A DNA stretch of 64,000 nucleotides from an uncultured Candidatus Saccharibacteria bacterium (GTDB lineage: Bacteria; Patescibacteriota; Saccharimonadia; Saccharimonadales; JAGPDM01), in the NCBI GenBank assembly GCA_964622235.1, contig CAZUNB010000001.1:9360-73359 (forward strand), read 5' to 3'. Made by a program: the position numbers and the translations under genes. The notes under the pieces are model-generated. The model saw only the letters and a program-made list of their open reading frames with translations, did not search any database and was not told where the DNA came from. Positions 27,828 through 38,700 of this stretch are shown piece after piece; within the stretch, counting starts at the first letter, position 1; each line of letters opens with the position of its first letter.

Positions 27828-29129
27828 TTAACCTCTCTTATTTGTTCGGCTGCCACCACGAGCCCTAGGGACACCAACCCCTCCTCTGTTGTTGCCATTT
27901 CTATAATTATTCGGCTGTTTTATCCGCTGCGTTACACTAGGATCGGCTGGCAACTCGCGGCCGTGAAATGGATACGAATGACGTTGTCTTGATTGTATTA
28001 CCCCTCTGTATCGCTTTTCAGAAGGCAAGTAAGCTACAAGATCAATCGACGGAGTTATCGGGGCGGGCAACTCTACTGTTATGGTTTTAGTGGTAACACC
28101 AGTCTCTTGTTTTACATCTGGCACCTCAAATGTTACTTCAGCCCTCTGGCCCCTTTTGTCGCCACCAATCACTCTATCTAGAACCCCAGATTGAACATCA
28201 CCATTATTATAGGATTCTACCAGTCGCTGTATAGTAGTTTTTTGATTCTCTGCCTCTCTAGAAACTGCCATGTAGTCTGGTTGAGATAAGACGTCACCTT
28301 CTGGTGCAGTAATCGTAAATTTTTCAGGAAGATCTTTTAAGACACCTTCGCCGTGTAGTTCAGCGATATCTGTCAGCAACACGGCAGCTAACGCGTCTGC
28401 TCTTTCCATTCCAAGATCCTGGTTGGACTCACTTTCTTTTAGTAGTCCTGCGTCTGGGTTTAACTCATCTTCGGCAGAAACAAGTCCTGTTATTGTGATC
28501 TCTTTTATCGAACCGCCTTCTTTGATAGTTTCGACAATTCTTGATAACAATTCAGCATAACCCTCAGGGTTAACAAACCGACTTTCGGCTGAATCACTAA
28601 ATTCTTCAGCATACTCACCAACTGGTAGCTGCGTCTCAACTCGTTCTTCTGTGACGATCCGCTCAACAGGTTGGGATATCGGTACATTACGTTCGACTGT
28701 TGTGATGGTGTTACCAACACCTGGCAAGCGAGCGAAGACGGGGTTTAAGGCCAACCCAGCCGCGACTGCTCCCATTCGTCTCCTTATCTTGTCGGTAACT
28801 CTTACGCGAGGTAAATTCTCGAGTTTACCATCTTCATCTCGATCTGGTCCGACAATACCTTTGTGCTCTCTTTCTGTTCTTGCTTGCTCGACAGAAAAGT
28901 CTGGCAACCTGCCACTATAGGCATCTCGCTGAAAAGTCACACTACCTTCTCCCGCGCTCAAAACCGAATATCCTGCTTTAGCTAGAAGTTCAATAGGCGC
29001 ACCGAAATCTACTGCAAGCTTTTCAACCAAGTGATGTTCACCGTCGCCACCGTTCAACTGATCGTGTGTCATAGCTGGGTCAACTTTAAAGTGTGCCGTA
29101 TCTTCGTGGCTAAGATTTTCTGTTGACAT
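27828..29129 (-). CDS. Hypothetical acidic protein with C-terminal Arg/Gly-rich tail
   Basis: 433 aa, Glu/Asp-rich, with no TM helix or signal peptide. The C-terminus is NGNNRGGVGVPRARGGSRTNKRG. Convergent with the murE-like gene. Confidence 0.45.
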   Translation of the reverse strand: MSTENLSHEDTAHFKVDPAMTHDQLNGGDGEHHLVEKLAVDFGAPIELLAKAGYSVLSAGEGSVTFQRDAYSGRLPDFSVEQARTEREHKGIVGPDRDEDGKLENLPRVRVTDKIRRRMGAVAAGLALNPVFARLPGVGNTITTVERNVPISQPVERIVTEERVETQLPVGEYAEEFSDSAESRFVNPEGYAELLSRIVETIKEGGSIKEITITGLVSAEDELNPDAGLLKESESNQDLGMERADALAAVLLTDIAELHGEGVLKDLPEKFTITAPEGDVLSQPDYMAVSREAENQKTTIQRLVESYNNGDVQSGVLDRVIGGDKRGQRAEVTFEVPDVKQETGVTTKTITVELPAPITPSIDLVAYLPSEKRYRGVIQSRQRHSYPFHGRELPADPSVTQRIKQPNNYRNGNNRGGVGVPRARGGSRTNKRG

Positions 29130-29287
29130 TTTTTGATTCCTTTTTGTTGTGAATTTTTGTTTATTTTATGTAATATATATGTTTAACATTAACACTAAGT
29201 TTATTATTTGTCAATAATATTCATCAAGAATTTGCCATGATTGTTTATAGCCTGTTGATCTAAACATATAAAATAGGGGGTTTCGTA

Positions 29288-29623
29288 ATGAACACTAGAT
29301 CATTAGCAATCAATTTACTAAACTTTTTCACTTCACTTGTAGAGGGGTTTTTGGCGCTTCGTTTTGCAACTAAACTAATGGGTGCAAACCCTAACAATGG
29401 CTTTATAGCATGGCTCTACGAGATGAGCGGCGTTCTACTCGATCCATTTCAAGGTATTTTCCCAGCTACAGTCTTTGAAAATCGATTTGTGAATGAATTC
29501 TCAACTCTATTCGCTATGTTGATTTATGCCATTATTGCAGTTTTAATAGTTACACCAATTGATACTGTGACCCCATCTAAAAAAGTCTTCTCGCAAATAA
29601 TCGTTGGAGATAAACGAATGTAG
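29288..29623 (+). CDS. Hypothetical small membrane protein (2 TM; YggT-like topology)
   Basis: 111 aa with hydrophobic helices at about 10-30 and about 75-97. The YggT call is tentative. Confidence 0.3.
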   Translation: MNTRSLAINLLNFFTSLVEGFLALRFATKLMGANPNNGFIAWLYEMSGVLLDPFQGIFPATVFENRFVNEFSTLFAMLIYAIIAVLIVTPIDTVTPSKKVFSQIIVGDKRM

Positions 29624-29783
29624 CGAATCATTCTTTCTCGTCTATTTTATTCTAAAATGAAGCTTTAATGATACGACATTAGTAAAGATTATATGAATAG
29701 AAATCAAATTATATATTTACATTTGCATTTACATTATATATTTATATTACATTTTAGTATATAATATGATATAATATAGTATT

Positions 29784-32207
29784 ATGACTACCAGAGAACT
29801 AGGGCATGATACAGACCCACAGCTTGAAAATATTGGAGACAAATTAGTTTTTGACCTTGAAAAAGATCTTGAATCTAAACGTGGCTTCGTGGCTCACAAA
29901 GACCGAATGCTCGGAATCCTAACTAATTTTCCAAGAATAGATACAGAGGGTATGCGACTGGCGATTGCACTACATGATGTTGTTTCTCATTCCATAATCA
30001 ATGCAGCAAACGAAGATATAGCCGATGCTACAAACGTAGGGCTCAATAGTATATATGCCCAACTGGAGGAACCCGATTCAAAGCATTTATTTACGTACTC
30101 ACTTGGGATTGGTACTTCGGTTGAACGATGGGAACAAGTTGCAGAGCGGTGGAGGGAACCTACTAAAAATGAGGTCCAGAGTTTTATTACCTCACTCGAA
30201 AGTATTGATTCAACTGCCGAAATAGTAGGCATAACTACTAAACATATTAAAGATGTTGCAGAAGAGCACAATGTTGAAATGGAGGTAGTTGCAGAGCAGT
30301 TACTGGCGGCCCTAACAAAGGATGAAACAGTTAGCGTTGACCCATCATTGCTTACTAAATTACGCCCTCGAGTAATTTCTCTGGATGACTTCCTGGAGGC
30401 GTCCGAAAGTCTCGACGTTGAAGGTTTGATTATAAAAACCATCGAGACTGTCGACAACCTACAGAACCCGAAACCAGGAGCTAAAGCTTCTGCTTGGCGT
30501 GATTCTATTGAGGTCCTTTCTTTCTATGGACCAGCCTTAGAGCTGTTTGGTTTTGAAGATTTAGCAGCAACTGCGAGAGGCGTTGCTTTAGAATATGTTT
30601 ACTCAGCAGATGAATATGATGATGTCCGAGATAAGGCTCGGGCAATCAATGAAGATGCTAAAAAACGCATAGACTCCATCGGTGAAAAAGCCCGCATAGC
30701 AATTGCTACAGTTGTGAAGGATACTGACTTTCTCGAAGAGGATGACATAAAGGATATAAGCATTAAGGGCAGGCCAAAATCTGTCGGTGGAATCATGGAA
30801 AAAATGATTACTAAATACAAATCTTCTCTTGATATTTCTGACGCCATAGGCCTACGCTTGACCATCAGCGATACGTTGATGCAGAGAATCATAAATGACG
30901 TTACAAGAAACCTGGGTCCTGATGTTGATCAAGAGTTTATTGACCATAAAGTAAAGCTTAGGGTTGAATCAATTTCTGAAAAACTACACACTGCAATTGG
31001 TTCTTCTACGGATGTATCGTATCTTAACACTAAAAGTGAATCTATAGATCTTACAGTTATTCAGCCTCGAAGATCTGGATATAAAGCTGTTCACCTCAAC
31101 TATGAATTGAATTGGAGCGATGATGAAGAAGGAACTACACCTTTTGAAGTTCAGGTCACCACCGATAAATATCATAAGAACAATACTTACGGTCAGCCAT
31201 CTCACTATATCTACAAAATGTTCGGAGGGAAAGAACCTACCCGAGACCAGCTAGCAGCACTAGACAAACTCGGCAAAAAATCAGAATACCTCATTGAAAG
31301 CCCCGACCGACCAGTCCTTGCCCCACAAGCTTGGTTCGATATCCTTCACTATATGCCGGAGCTTCCAACAGAATTTCATAGGACCCACCATTATGTTTCT
31401 CTCAATGATGGGGATACCGAGCTAGCAATACCACACAATCTAACACCAGACTTATTAGAAGGTGTTGAATTCCAAGGATCTGCAATTCTGCCGGCCTACC
31501 AAGCAGAGCTATCTAACTTCCTCCATCTGCTAAAACATCTTGTACCAGATATCAATATAGAAACCTTTGGAGACGTAGGTGAGGTCGCAGAATACGCAGC
31601 TATGAAGCACAGTGGACAAACTCGCAGGAGCTCGGGTAATAAGTATTTTTCAGGGCATATATTACCCACCACCCAGTTTCTTTTATTAAATTTACACCAA
31701 GATGGTTGGCTACACGACAAATCAAAAGATGGCAGTACAAGCAAACATGATGACGCAATCATTCTACTGAAGGCATCGTTGTTACATGACACGGTTGAAG
31801 ATACACCAACAAGTATTGAAGAAATCCGACGCATTCACGGTGATAAAGTTGCCGATCTGGTTAAAATACTCTCCAAGAACCCAAAGCCAGAATCAGGAGA
31901 GACAAAGGCCGAGAGAGACTTACATGAGAGTGAGTATTTAGAACAAGTAATGAAAAGCCCTGATGCATTACGGATTAAGTTTGCCGATAGGATACAGAAC
32001 ACATTGACTGATATCGTTGACGGACTAGAAGGTAGACTAAGCAGTGGAGTCCTAGAAAAGGCAATCAAATCATGGCAAGAGACAATCAAATTCTTAATTA
32101 AACCAATGATTGTTCAGGGCAAAATCAGCGATAATCAACTAAAAACAGCACTTGCAACAGATGGATTGATGAAGCTACTTCAACAAAAAAATGAGCAAGC
32201 AGTATAG
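29784..32207 (+). CDS. RelA/SpoT-homologue (RSH) with non-canonical domain order: N-terminal HD-like remnant, (p)ppGpp synthetase (NTase) domain, then complete C-terminal HD hydrolase domain; no TGS/ACT
   Basis: Synthetase motifs at res about 325-470: KGRPKSVGGIMEKM (compare GRxKxxxSIxxKM), DISDAIGLRLTI (DxxDxxGxRxI), SGYKAVHLNY (GYxSxH), FEVQVTTDKYHK...GQPSHYIYK (ExQIRTxxMH...AxHWxYK). HD domain at res about 590-740: AMKHSGQTRRSSGNKYFSGHILPT, LLHDTVEDTPTSIEEIRRIHGDKVADLV, ALRIKFADRIQNTLT. The N-terminus carries a weaker H...(26 aa)...HD pair (VAHKDR...IALHDVVS). Confidence 0.6.
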   Translation: MTTRELGHDTDPQLENIGDKLVFDLEKDLESKRGFVAHKDRMLGILTNFPRIDTEGMRLAIALHDVVSHSIINAANEDIADATNVGLNSIYAQLEEPDSKHLFTYSLGIGTSVERWEQVAERWREPTKNEVQSFITSLESIDSTAEIVGITTKHIKDVAEEHNVEMEVVAEQLLAALTKDETVSVDPSLLTKLRPRVISLDDFLEASESLDVEGLIIKTIETVDNLQNPKPGAKASAWRDSIEVLSFYGPALELFGFEDLAATARGVALEYVYSADEYDDVRDKARAINEDAKKRIDSIGEKARIAIATVVKDTDFLEEDDIKDISIKGRPKSVGGIMEKMITKYKSSLDISDAIGLRLTISDTLMQRIINDVTRNLGPDVDQEFIDHKVKLRVESISEKLHTAIGSSTDVSYLNTKSESIDLTVIQPRRSGYKAVHLNYELNWSDDEEGTTPFEVQVTTDKYHKNNTYGQPSHYIYKMFGGKEPTRDQLAALDKLGKKSEYLIESPDRPVLAPQAWFDILHYMPELPTEFHRTHHYVSLNDGDTELAIPHNLTPDLLEGVEFQGSAILPAYQAELSNFLHLLKHLVPDINIETFGDVGEVAEYAAMKHSGQTRRSSGNKYFSGHILPTTQFLLLNLHQDGWLHDKSKDGSTSKHDDAIILLKASLLHDTVEDTPTSIEEIRRIHGDKVADLVKILSKNPKPESGETKAERDLHESEYLEQVMKSPDALRIKFADRIQNTLTDIVDGLEGRLSSGVLEKAIKSWQETIKFLIKPMIVQGKISDNQLKTALATDGLMKLLQQKNEQAV

Positions 32208-32462
32208 TACAAGTCTGTTAACTTTGCTAAAACTACACGTGAATAATTTATTGTAAAAAGTATTTCTTTTGTCGTTTTTTTATACTCAAAAATTATTTTA
32301 TGATGAATTCAGTTTATGAATTCGAGCTAGAGTGGCGATCTTCTCAATATATAAAAGATTGCTTAGCTCTTTGATTTCGATCATTATTTCATTAACTATT
32401 CTGAAAAAGAGAAATCGAATATTGTGGCGCACACAATTCGTACCATGATGCAGTAGTCTATG

Positions 32463-32487
32463 CTTATCTTATCTTATCTTATCTTAT
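32463..32487. repeat. Pentanucleotide microsatellite (CTTAT)x5
   Basis: Perfect tandem cttat x5 in the 300-nt gap between the convergent RSH and histidine-phosphatase genes. Confidence 0.9.
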
Positions 32488-32511
32488 CTCATAAATCAGT
32501 CAGCGCCAAAG

Positions 32512-33189
32512 CTACCAGTCAGATTGAGGCACAGGCAACCATAAACTATCATTTGGATTGTTGTGCCATGGAGTTATCGTTCTTCGATCGACCGGCGAGT
32601 TAGCATCGCGATAATCATCAGAGAATCTATACATCAACAGAGAAGCATTGTTAAAATGCAGCTCTCCACTGGCTACTTGATGATTGAAGTCGTCGTCCGG
32701 AATTCTTTCAACCCTTGCTGCAAAGGCAAGCATTGTGTCGTGATGAGTAATAATCTTTATACTTTGTCGAAGGGGAAGTATCCCTGATAGAAACTCAGCA
32801 ACTCTACCATCCCTCATCTCGCGTATAGTCTCACCACCCTGAGGCCTCCAATCAAGTGCATCTTGTTTGCGTTTAATTTTAGAGGCGGCATCATATTCTA
32901 TCCCTTCCAAATCTCCGTTATCTCTTTCGACGAGTCGAGAGTCGATTTGCCAATTACTTTGCTGTGAACCGCTATGTTCTGCCGACTGAATAGTTCGACG
33001 CATAGAAGATACACACACAAGCCCATAGCTAAATCCCTGATCTCGCTCCCATTCAGATGTAGCTTCTACCTGCACGATACCGTCAGGGTGTAATTTGGCA
33101 TCTACAATATCATCATCTTCTACTCGCTCGCCATCGAAAAATGCGTTTTGGTTGCTCCTACCATGCCGCATTATTGTTAAGGTGTACAT
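32512..33189 (-). CDS. Histidine phosphatase superfamily protein (phosphoglycerate-mutase-like)
   Basis: N-terminal LTIMRHGRS (RHG catalytic motif), a second conserved His in ITHHDTM, and a 225-aa length. Confidence 0.7.
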   Translation of the reverse strand: MYTLTIMRHGRSNQNAFFDGERVEDDDIVDAKLHPDGIVQVEATSEWERDQGFSYGLVCVSSMRRTIQSAEHSGSQQSNWQIDSRLVERDNGDLEGIEYDAASKIKRKQDALDWRPQGGETIREMRDGRVAEFLSGILPLRQSIKIITHHDTMLAFAARVERIPDDDFNHQVASGELHFNNASLLMYRFSDDYRDANSPVDRRTITPWHNNPNDSLWLPVPQSDW

Positions 33190-33210
33190 GATAATATATT
33201 ATCTTAAAAA

Positions 33211-34290
33211 CTATTTTTCTTTAGGTTTTTCTAGCGTAAGAATTGACGAGTTGCCAAAAACAGCTGCAGGATTTGACTCATAGCCTAACAGCCCGCGCTG
33301 AACAATTTCAGCAACGTCGTCACTGATTCTTAAATCCGCAATACATACTAGCATTTGATCTATTGCATCGTTCCGTTGCGTAATTCCTGTTCCAGGCGAA
33401 TAAAGAGCGTCCTCGTATGCAGCAGCAAATTCTTTCATGTCAACAGCCATCAATGATCTCCATAGCGCATCTAGAACATCAGTTTGCGCAGGAAGCGCTC
33501 TGTCTATTTCACGATCATGTATCCCAATGGTTTTTTTAGCTAGCTTGTGCACCTTCGAGGCTTCATTTGTTTCACCATCCTGGCCGATTTGACTACGGGG
33601 AGTTATAAACTGACCATCTAACCATAGAACATAACTTAAGCCTGAACCAATTGCTAATGGCTTTACACCATCATGATCCATGGTAAATCCACTTGCTTCG
33701 GCTATTTGATACCACTCATCTGGCAAGAGCTTGTTGACATGACTTGACCGTCGAATCGCATCAACGTGTGGTAGGTCTAATGCATCAAGTTTATACAAAG
33801 TGGGCACAACAACTGTAAATTTTCCGCCAGGTTTAAGGGCCTGGAAAGCACCGTCAAACACTCTCCCTGGATCAGGAATGTGCTCGATAACGTCAGCGCA
33901 AAGAAAGCGATCAATGGCGTCCTCTCGAAAAGGCATTACAGCACCATCTGCAACAACTCCTCTTGCTTCAGCATACGTATTTAGACTTGGGTTAGCTCGG
34001 TGCGCTATTTCATTTGAGAAATAAGCGGTTGATAAATCTAGTCCTACATATTCGGCACTATGTTCAGCAAATTCATGTCGTAATGAGCCCGGTTCATCCA
34101 CAACTGCATTTACGTTCCCCCCAATATCTACAACCATCCCATTTCCATCTTCCGACATAAGCTCCGCTAGTCTACGGTTTTTGTAAGCCGTGTAGCCACC
34201 TTGTTGAGTCGTACTGAAAAATCGTTCTGCGTAGTCTTCATCGTAAACTGCAGCCACATCTGGTCCACCAGAAATACCTAATCCACTCAT
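33211..34290 (-). CDS. Class I SAM-dependent methyltransferase with C-terminal extension
   Basis: Motif I MVVDIGGN, acidic motif II ending D-V, post-II ADVIEHIPDP, and LKPGGKFTVVVP (type-11 methyltransferase pattern). About 150 extra C-terminal residues of unknown function. Confidence 0.6.
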   Translation of the reverse strand: MSGLGISGGPDVAAVYDEDYAERFFSTTQQGGYTAYKNRRLAELMSEDGNGMVVDIGGNVNAVVDEPGSLRHEFAEHSAEYVGLDLSTAYFSNEIAHRANPSLNTYAEARGVVADGAVMPFREDAIDRFLCADVIEHIPDPGRVFDGAFQALKPGGKFTVVVPTLYKLDALDLPHVDAIRRSSHVNKLLPDEWYQIAEASGFTMDHDGVKPLAIGSGLSYVLWLDGQFITPRSQIGQDGETNEASKVHKLAKKTIGIHDREIDRALPAQTDVLDALWRSLMAVDMKEFAAAYEDALYSPGTGITQRNDAIDQMLVCIADLRISDDVAEIVQRGLLGYESNPAAVFGNSSILTLEKPKEK

Positions 34291-34432
34291 AGACTCAGCG
34301 CTTTTTTATCTTTAACAAATATAACTAAGCAATTCATTAGTATACAATAACATACCTTTGTAATAATAGCTATACTAAGTATTGAAGTAATTAAGTGTAA
34401 TAATTCCTATAATTTCTTTATACTTTAAATGT

Positions 34433-35704
34433 ATGAATATTCTAATCATTGGTTCCGGCGGACGTGAACATGCCCTGGGGTGGAAGCTTTCTCAGTCGCC
34501 AGAAGTGAGTAAAGTTTTTTTTGCTCCTGGGAATGGTGGCACAAGCTTAGTCGGGGAGAATGTCGATATCGGTGTGTTGGAAATTGATAGGCTTCGCGAA
34601 TTCGCAATCGAAAATGGAATTGGATTTACAGTTGTTGGCCAAGAAGCTTCGTTAGAAGTTGGGATTGTCGATAGCTTCACTCGAGCTGGACTGGCTATTT
34701 TCGGCCCAACTAAATCGGCCGCTCAACTAGAAACCTCAAAAGTATTCATCGACCAGCTACTGGAAAAACATGACATTCCACGGCCGGAAAGCGTAGCGGT
34801 CGACAATATCGAGGATGGATTACGCTATATTAAAAATCGTGAACCAAGTAGCTACGTCATTAAAGCCGACGGGTTGGCCACCGGCAAAGGCGTAATTTTA
34901 CCAGACAGTGAAGAGGAAGCCTTGCGCGAATTAACGCGGATGATGAGTGGTGAGTCATTTGGAAAAGCGGGTGAGTCTGTCGTATTCCAGGAAAAGCTAG
35001 TTGGTCAAGAAGTTAGTGCTTTTGCCCTAAGTGATGGTGCCGACATCATTATGCTGCCATTCTTCCAGGACCACAAACAAGCTTACGACGGCGACACCGG
35101 ACCAAACACCGGTGGAATGGGCGCCTACACACCAGTTCCATTTTTAACAGATGAAATCAAACAGAAAATCCAAACCGAAATTATGCAAAAAACCGTCAAC
35201 GGAATGAAGACTGATGGCCACGAGTATCGCGGAGTTGTCTATGCTGGACTGTTCGTGAACGGGGAAGACGTCAAAGTAATTGAGTTCAATGCTCGTTTTG
35301 GTGACCCTGAGTGTCAACCGATGATGATGTCACTCGAGGAAGATCTTCTACCACTCCTACAGCAAGCTGCAGCTGGCAAATTCACTCAAACTGAGATTAA
35401 AACCAGTAGCGAAGCGATTGCGACAGTTTGCCTCGCTAGCGGCGGCTATCCATATGAGTATGAAAAAGGTAAAGAGATTTTTGGTCTTGATGGCGTCAGC
35501 AACACTGATATTGTCATCTTTCATGCTGGAACGAAGTTTGAAAATGATAAGTTTTATACCAATGGTGGGCGAGTGCTCAACGTAACTGCTCGAGCCGACT
35601 CAATGAAAGCCGCACTCAACAAAGCCTATTCGAAAATCGGTGAAAACGGTATCCATTTTGACCAAATGCATTTCCGATCTGACATCGGCTTCCGCGTTTT
35701 ATAA
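34433..35704 (+). CDS. purD: Phosphoribosylamine--glycine ligase (GAR synthetase)
   Basis: MNILIIGSGGREHALGWKL N-terminus, ATP-grasp core (IKADGLATGKGV...EFNARFGDPECQ) and a 423-aa length. Confidence 0.9.
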   Translation: MNILIIGSGGREHALGWKLSQSPEVSKVFFAPGNGGTSLVGENVDIGVLEIDRLREFAIENGIGFTVVGQEASLEVGIVDSFTRAGLAIFGPTKSAAQLETSKVFIDQLLEKHDIPRPESVAVDNIEDGLRYIKNREPSSYVIKADGLATGKGVILPDSEEEALRELTRMMSGESFGKAGESVVFQEKLVGQEVSAFALSDGADIIMLPFFQDHKQAYDGDTGPNTGGMGAYTPVPFLTDEIKQKIQTEIMQKTVNGMKTDGHEYRGVVYAGLFVNGEDVKVIEFNARFGDPECQPMMMSLEEDLLPLLQQAAAGKFTQTEIKTSSEAIATVCLASGGYPYEYEKGKEIFGLDGVSNTDIVIFHAGTKFENDKFYTNGGRVLNVTARADSMKAALNKAYSKIGENGIHFDQMHFRSDIGFRVL

Positions 35705-35772
35705 TCTGACAAGATATTGACAAATATGCATTTTTAATATATTGTTTACATAGTTTATAAACAAAAATAAAA

Positions 35773-38700
35773 ATGCAAACAATCGAACAAAATCAACCTG
35801 AGACTATGCAACACCCTGACCACAGTGGTATCACTGCTGAAATCATCGCAGGAATCGGAGCCCTTGCCAGTCTTGATTTAGCAGTCAATAAACCTGGGTG
35901 GATTCGAAACATATCACCGCAGGATGTTATTGCTGGAGACTCTTTATCAGAATCTCTCGGTTTGCCCGGCGAGAGAGAGCCGCATACAGACGACTGGCTA
36001 ACGGACGAGGACCGAACTGCAACTCAGGCAGCAATTAAGCGCATAACTAAGGAACAAAAAGAACACCAGAAAAAGCGGTTAGCCGAAGCCGAGCAAGAAG
36101 AAAACCCGGAAGCAAGAAGGGCACTAGTTCTAGACGCGTGGACACACAACCCAGACACAGCTAAAAGAGTGGTGGGTTTTTTAAACGAAAGAGCAAAGCG
36201 AACACCTTCAAGCCGCCCATACTCAAGTCCAGACAATCCGGTAATGTCTGACGATGAAATTATTGAAGCAAGCGAATCTTCAAAAGGATTTCAAAGAGCG
36301 GTTGAATGGTGTACGACTCTTCGACCTCGTTTAATTCTAGAACGCGGGACGAAAGAAATCCTTGAGAGTATGGTTGATAAAAATGCTCTCACCCAGTCTG
36401 TTGTTAGTATGGCTGATGCCGATCCTGATTCTTTTGTATATCACCTCGAAGATATCCGAGACATAATTGATGACCCAGAGGCATTCGAAGGTGCCGTCCA
36501 AAAGGCGGAGAGAAACCTACCAGAACAAACGCTAGAACGACTTACTCAAATGGTTATTGACGAAAAAGCAGCAGGCAAGCCATCAAGCCAAATGGAGGAT
36601 CTTGCAAGATCAATGCTTGTACGCATGCGTGATAAACCATTAAATGCAGAGACGCTAGCAAACATTATTCAAGCCAAAATATGGACAAAAGAGGAGGTAA
36701 CTAAGCAAGTTTCTGGCGTTGCATCAACAGCACACGGTATTAGCTACTATAACGACTTCGGCTACGACAGACTATCCAAAGTAATTTCACCAGAGATGGC
36801 TGAAACAGCTAAACAGGCAGCCATAACCGCGATTGAAGACAACCCCAAAATGCTTTGCAGAGTGGCAGAAATAGATAGCAACCAGTTTCATAACGATGAA
36901 CTGGTTACTAATGGCGGGGTCATGAGCCCTGAACTACTCAACAAAACTGCAGAAAAACTACTGACCGATCCAACGCAATCATTTGGATTTTTCACTGGAG
37001 AATATCTCTCAGAACTAACCCCCGAAATAGGAAGCAGGGTAATTGATCGAATTATCGAGCTCAGCACCGACTACTATCCGTCAGAAGAAATCATGGAAAA
37101 AGCAAGCGATGAACAGCTCGGTTCAATTCTTGGTAACTTTACCCAGCATAAGCCCGGATTTTTACTTTCAGTGGTGGAAAATAATGAACGAGCGCTGGCG
37201 ATAGTCTGTGCAATGCCGCCGGACAATAAGCTAGAAATAATGGGTAGATTAAGCACGTATAACTTAATTAAATCGTCTGAAACATTGGAAACAATTGGGG
37301 TCCCAGCTGAAATAGTCGCTCAACAAATCAAATACTCATTTGACCGTAGCCCAGACATGAGTAGCCTGGTCTCAATTACAGATAAAGGCTTGCTCCCTCC
37401 TGACGACATTAGTGGGATGCGCGATCGACTAGTCGAAGCAGTAGCATCCGGCGAGACACGACCAGAGCAGTTTGTTGCAAACCGCGACCTCGATATTGAG
37501 GTTTTTAGCGATGAAGAATTAACGGCAGCAATAGCTGCAATAGGTGAAGCTAATCCTGCGGCTGGTTTTGCTTGCGCACTTAAGAACCGGGGATATTATT
37601 CAAAAACTGAGATTGAAAAGATTATCAGTACCGCAATATCTGATCATCTCGATGATGATTTATTGTTAAGTGAAGTCTTTGCGAATGTCTACAGCGGTAA
37701 AGAACCTATAGTCAGCATTGTTGGTGGTTCTCGAGTTGCAGATTTCGTCCAAGGACTATCAAGCAAGCAGCTTGACGGCATAGCCTACCGCCAAAACAAG
37801 ATCGCTGCGACGATAGGGGTAGAGGGAACGAAAGCCTTAGCTCATAAAATTGTACAAGAAAATCCAGCTAGCTTACTACTTGAAGAGTTCCGTGATTTCT
37901 ATGCGTCATTTTATCCTGATTTTGACCCAGATAGTTTTAAGGTAGAAGATTTACCAGAAAACACCGAAGTAAAAGATCTAGGTGGAAAATATCTAGTCGA
38001 TAAATGGAAGAAATTACAAAGTTCAACTTCCGAAATTAGGAGGTCAGAGATAGCAACTGAACTATCCTCATTGTATCAAAAAATTAATGACATAAAACTT
38101 AATGGCAATGCAGAAGGCGCCCAAAAAATAGTTGACTCGCTTAATGGCACCAAGGTAAGCCGGAGAGAAGTAATTGGATCTCTTTGGCTGTTTACTGAGC
38201 TGGGTGAAAATATGCCAGAATCAGTTGAAGCTTACAGTGATTTAGAAGAAATGCTAGTTGTCTCACTTGCAGATAAACTCGGTATGGAGGAGCCCAATAA
38301 AGAGCAGGTCAAACTATTAGTTGAAAGTGGTTTCCGCGTGTATAGCTTTGGTGTTTACGCCAACGAACACATGAACCCAGCACATAAAGAGGTGCTAGGT
38401 GCAATCCTAAAGTCTAGCTTGGATGAGAATTTTACAGAATGGAAATACGGTGGGGATACTGAAGACGATCTTGAGCATCTTAAGTCTAGCGGTCTCGTAC
38501 CCGAGAGTTTAACGTTAGACCAGTACCTAGCTTGGCAACATGACGAAACCACCGAAACGAGCATCGGGCTAGAACTTGGAGCATCAACAGCGCTTGCAGC
38601 CATCTCAGACACCATGACCGGCTACCAACCAGAACTCTTAATGACAGCTGCAGAAACAGACTATCAAGAGATAAAAGGTGAACTGCAAAGTATGGGGAAA

